From an uncultured delta proteobacterium (GTDB taxonomy: Bacteria; Myxococcota; Myxococcia; Myxococcales; Myxococcaceae): a stretch of 64,000 bases of DNA. Within the stretch, counting starts at the first letter, position 1, and each line of letters begins with the position of its first letter. The notes beneath the pieces were generated by a model that was not told the origin of the DNA, searched no databases, and saw only the letters and a list, made by a program, of their open reading frames with translations. A program made the position numbers and the translations under genes. Positions 62,495 through 64,000 of this stretch are shown here, one piece after another. The stretch is taken from positions 416,001-480,000 of the forward strand of contig CAVYSY010000033.1 of assembly GCA_963771175.1 (NCBI GenBank), written 5' to 3'.

Positions 62495-63358
62495 TCAGCC
62501 GGTGGAGAGCGCCGCCGCGAGCCGGGGGAGCACCTCACCCGCACGAGCCTCCACACGCACGTCCACCAACTCCACGCCGCGGCACTCGCCGATGTTGACG
62601 ACGCCGATGGGCATGTGGCGGTCCACGGCCCGCTGGAGGAAGCGGAAGCCCGAGTAGATGGCCAGGGACGAGCCCACCACCAGCAGCGCGTCTCCCTGCT
62701 CCAGCAACGAGAACGCCGCCTCCACGGTGGGGGGCGGAACGTTGTCGCCGAAGAACACCACGTCCGGCTTCAGCGTCCCGCCGCAACGGGTGCAGCCGGC
62801 GACCTGGAAGGCCCGCACCGCCTCGAGCGGCAGCTCGGCATCACCATCGGGCCGCGGCTCGGCGCTCCGCTCCGCGAAGCCGGGGTTGAGCGCGAGCAGA
62901 CGCTCCTGCAGCTCCGTCCGGGGCTCGACGGCCTCGCAGTCCAGACAGCGCACCCGGGCGAGTGCTCCGTGCAGCTCGATGACGCGTTGGCTGCCGGCGG
63001 CGTGGTGCAGGCGGTCCACGTTCTGGGTGATGAGGCCGAGCACGCGCCCCTCGCGCTCCATGGCCGCGAGAGCGTCGTGCGCCGCGTTCGGTCGGGCCGA
63101 CGAGAAGCGGGGCCAGCCGAGCAGACTTCGTGCCCAGTAGCGTGCACGCACCTCGGGCCTGGTGAGGAACTCACGGTGCTGGATGGGGTTGCGGGCCCGG
63201 GCGCGCGTGCCAGGCCCCCGGTAGTCCGGGATGCCCGACTCGGTGCTGCACCCGGCCCCCGTGAGCACCACGAGGCGGCGGTCCCGCAGCAGCGAGGCCA
63301 GGGCGTCCACGGCCTCGGTCGCGGTGGAGGAAAGCGGTGGTTCCAGGGGGGCGTTCAT
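62495..63358 (-). CDS. NAD-dependent protein deacylase (Sir2 family, class II/SIRT4-like)
   Basis: TGAGCSTESGIPDYR, RYWARS..GW, TQNVDRLH, ELHG, KPDVVFFG, GSSL. Confidence 0.93.
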   Translation of the reverse strand: MNAPLEPPLSSTATEAVDALASLLRDRRLVVLTGAGCSTESGIPDYRGPGTRARARNPIQHREFLTRPEVRARYWARSLLGWPRFSSARPNAAHDALAAMEREGRVLGLITQNVDRLHHAAGSQRVIELHGALARVRCLDCEAVEPRTELQERLLALNPGFAERSAEPRPDGDAELPLEAVRAFQVAGCTRCGGTLKPDVVFFGDNVPPPTVEAAFSLLEQGDALLVVGSSLAIYSGFRFLQRAVDRHMPIGVVNIGECRGVELVDVRVEARAGEVLPRLAAALSTG

Positions 63359-63427
63359 TCGGGGAAAATCTATAACGAGCCCCTCTCCGGGTGCGCCGGC
63401 TCCAGGCCTGGAAACCAGGCGACCTGT

Positions 63428-64000
63428 CTAGGGTCGCTCCGGCGCCTCCTCCAACACCACGTGCTTCGGCCGATGGAGGACGTACAGCAGGGCGATGCCC
63501 GCGAGGAGGCCGCCCGCGATGAGGGGCGCGCGCGCATCCGCCTCGGGGCCGAGCACCCTGCCGACAATCATCACCAGGCAGACCAGCGCACCGGCGGCCG
63601 GGACGACCACCGGCACCTCGAAGGCCCCCCGCGGCTCTCCCGGGCGGAGCTTCAGGACGAGGAGCGCCCCGTTCACCACCACGAACGCGCCCAGCAGCAG
63701 CAGCGACGTAGCATCGGCGAGCTGGCGGATGTCCCCCGCCAGCGCCAGGGTCAGCACGAGCACCAGCAGCACGAGGATGGCGACATGCGGCGTGCGGCGA
63801 ACGGGGTGGACCCGGCCCAGCCGTGCCGGGAGGAGCCCCTGCCGGGACATGCCGTACAGCAACCGGGAGCCCATGACGTAGTTGAGCAGGGCCGTGTTGG
63901 CGACCGCGAAGATGCTGATGGCCGTGAAGAGGAGGGGGGGGAAGGCGGGAGCGGCCTTGCGCACCACGTCCACCAGCGCGGCCTTGGACTGGCTCAGCTC
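63428..64000 (-). CDS. APC family amino acid permease, 5'-truncated by window edge
   Basis: SRLLYGMSRQGLLP..LGRVHP.RRTP; multiple TM helices. Confidence 0.88.
   Translation of the reverse strand, partial: ELSQSKAALVDVVRKAAPAFPPLLFTAISIFAVANTALLNYVMGSRLLYGMSRQGLLPARLGRVHPVRRTPHVAILVLLVLVLTLALAGDIRQLADATSLLLLGAFVVVNGALLVLKLRPGEPRGAFEVPVVVPAAGALVCLVMIVGRVLGPEADARAPLIAGGLLAGIALLYVLHRPKHVVLEEAPERP

Overview
High-GC chromosomal window with gene content typical of a myxobacterium (Cystobacterineae-like; inferred from the DUF2381, Ser/Thr kinase, DUF1552/DUF1592 and lipoprotein families). About 55 genes. Housekeeping and accessory genes: several peptidases (S1, M18, S46, S9, M19), a hybrid histidine kinase, an ECF sigma cassette, cysE-cysK, a SET-domain protein, an HTH/Ser-Thr kinase/DUF2381 cassette, a YgiQ radical SAM, a complete Wsp/ACF-type chemosensory operon, a DUF1552/DUF1592-CBM2 pair, a transglycosylase, an Fe-ADH, a FIST protein, a GNAT and a sirtuin. 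I recognised no rRNA, tRNA, CRISPR array or transposase. At least 11 genes are split by single-base frameshifts, often at G/C runs, which looks like assembly indel error rather than real pseudogenes. Most notable: (1) a 41-bp palindromic tandem array bounded by a 12-bp inverted repeat, upstream of a good sigma-54 promoter match and an uncharacterised, possibly DNA-binding gene (55.0-56.0 kb); (2) a radical SAM/SPASM gene divergent from a small zinc-ribbon/lipobox-CYG protein, a candidate post-translational modification system (33.9-35.6 kb); (3) an A/T-richer lipoprotein plus putative immunity cassette (18.5-19.4 kb) with a decayed relative at 9.5-10.1 kb; (4) a SET methyltransferase carrying its own histone-H1-like KSPAK tail. 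All family assignments come from motif recognition only; no database searches were run.
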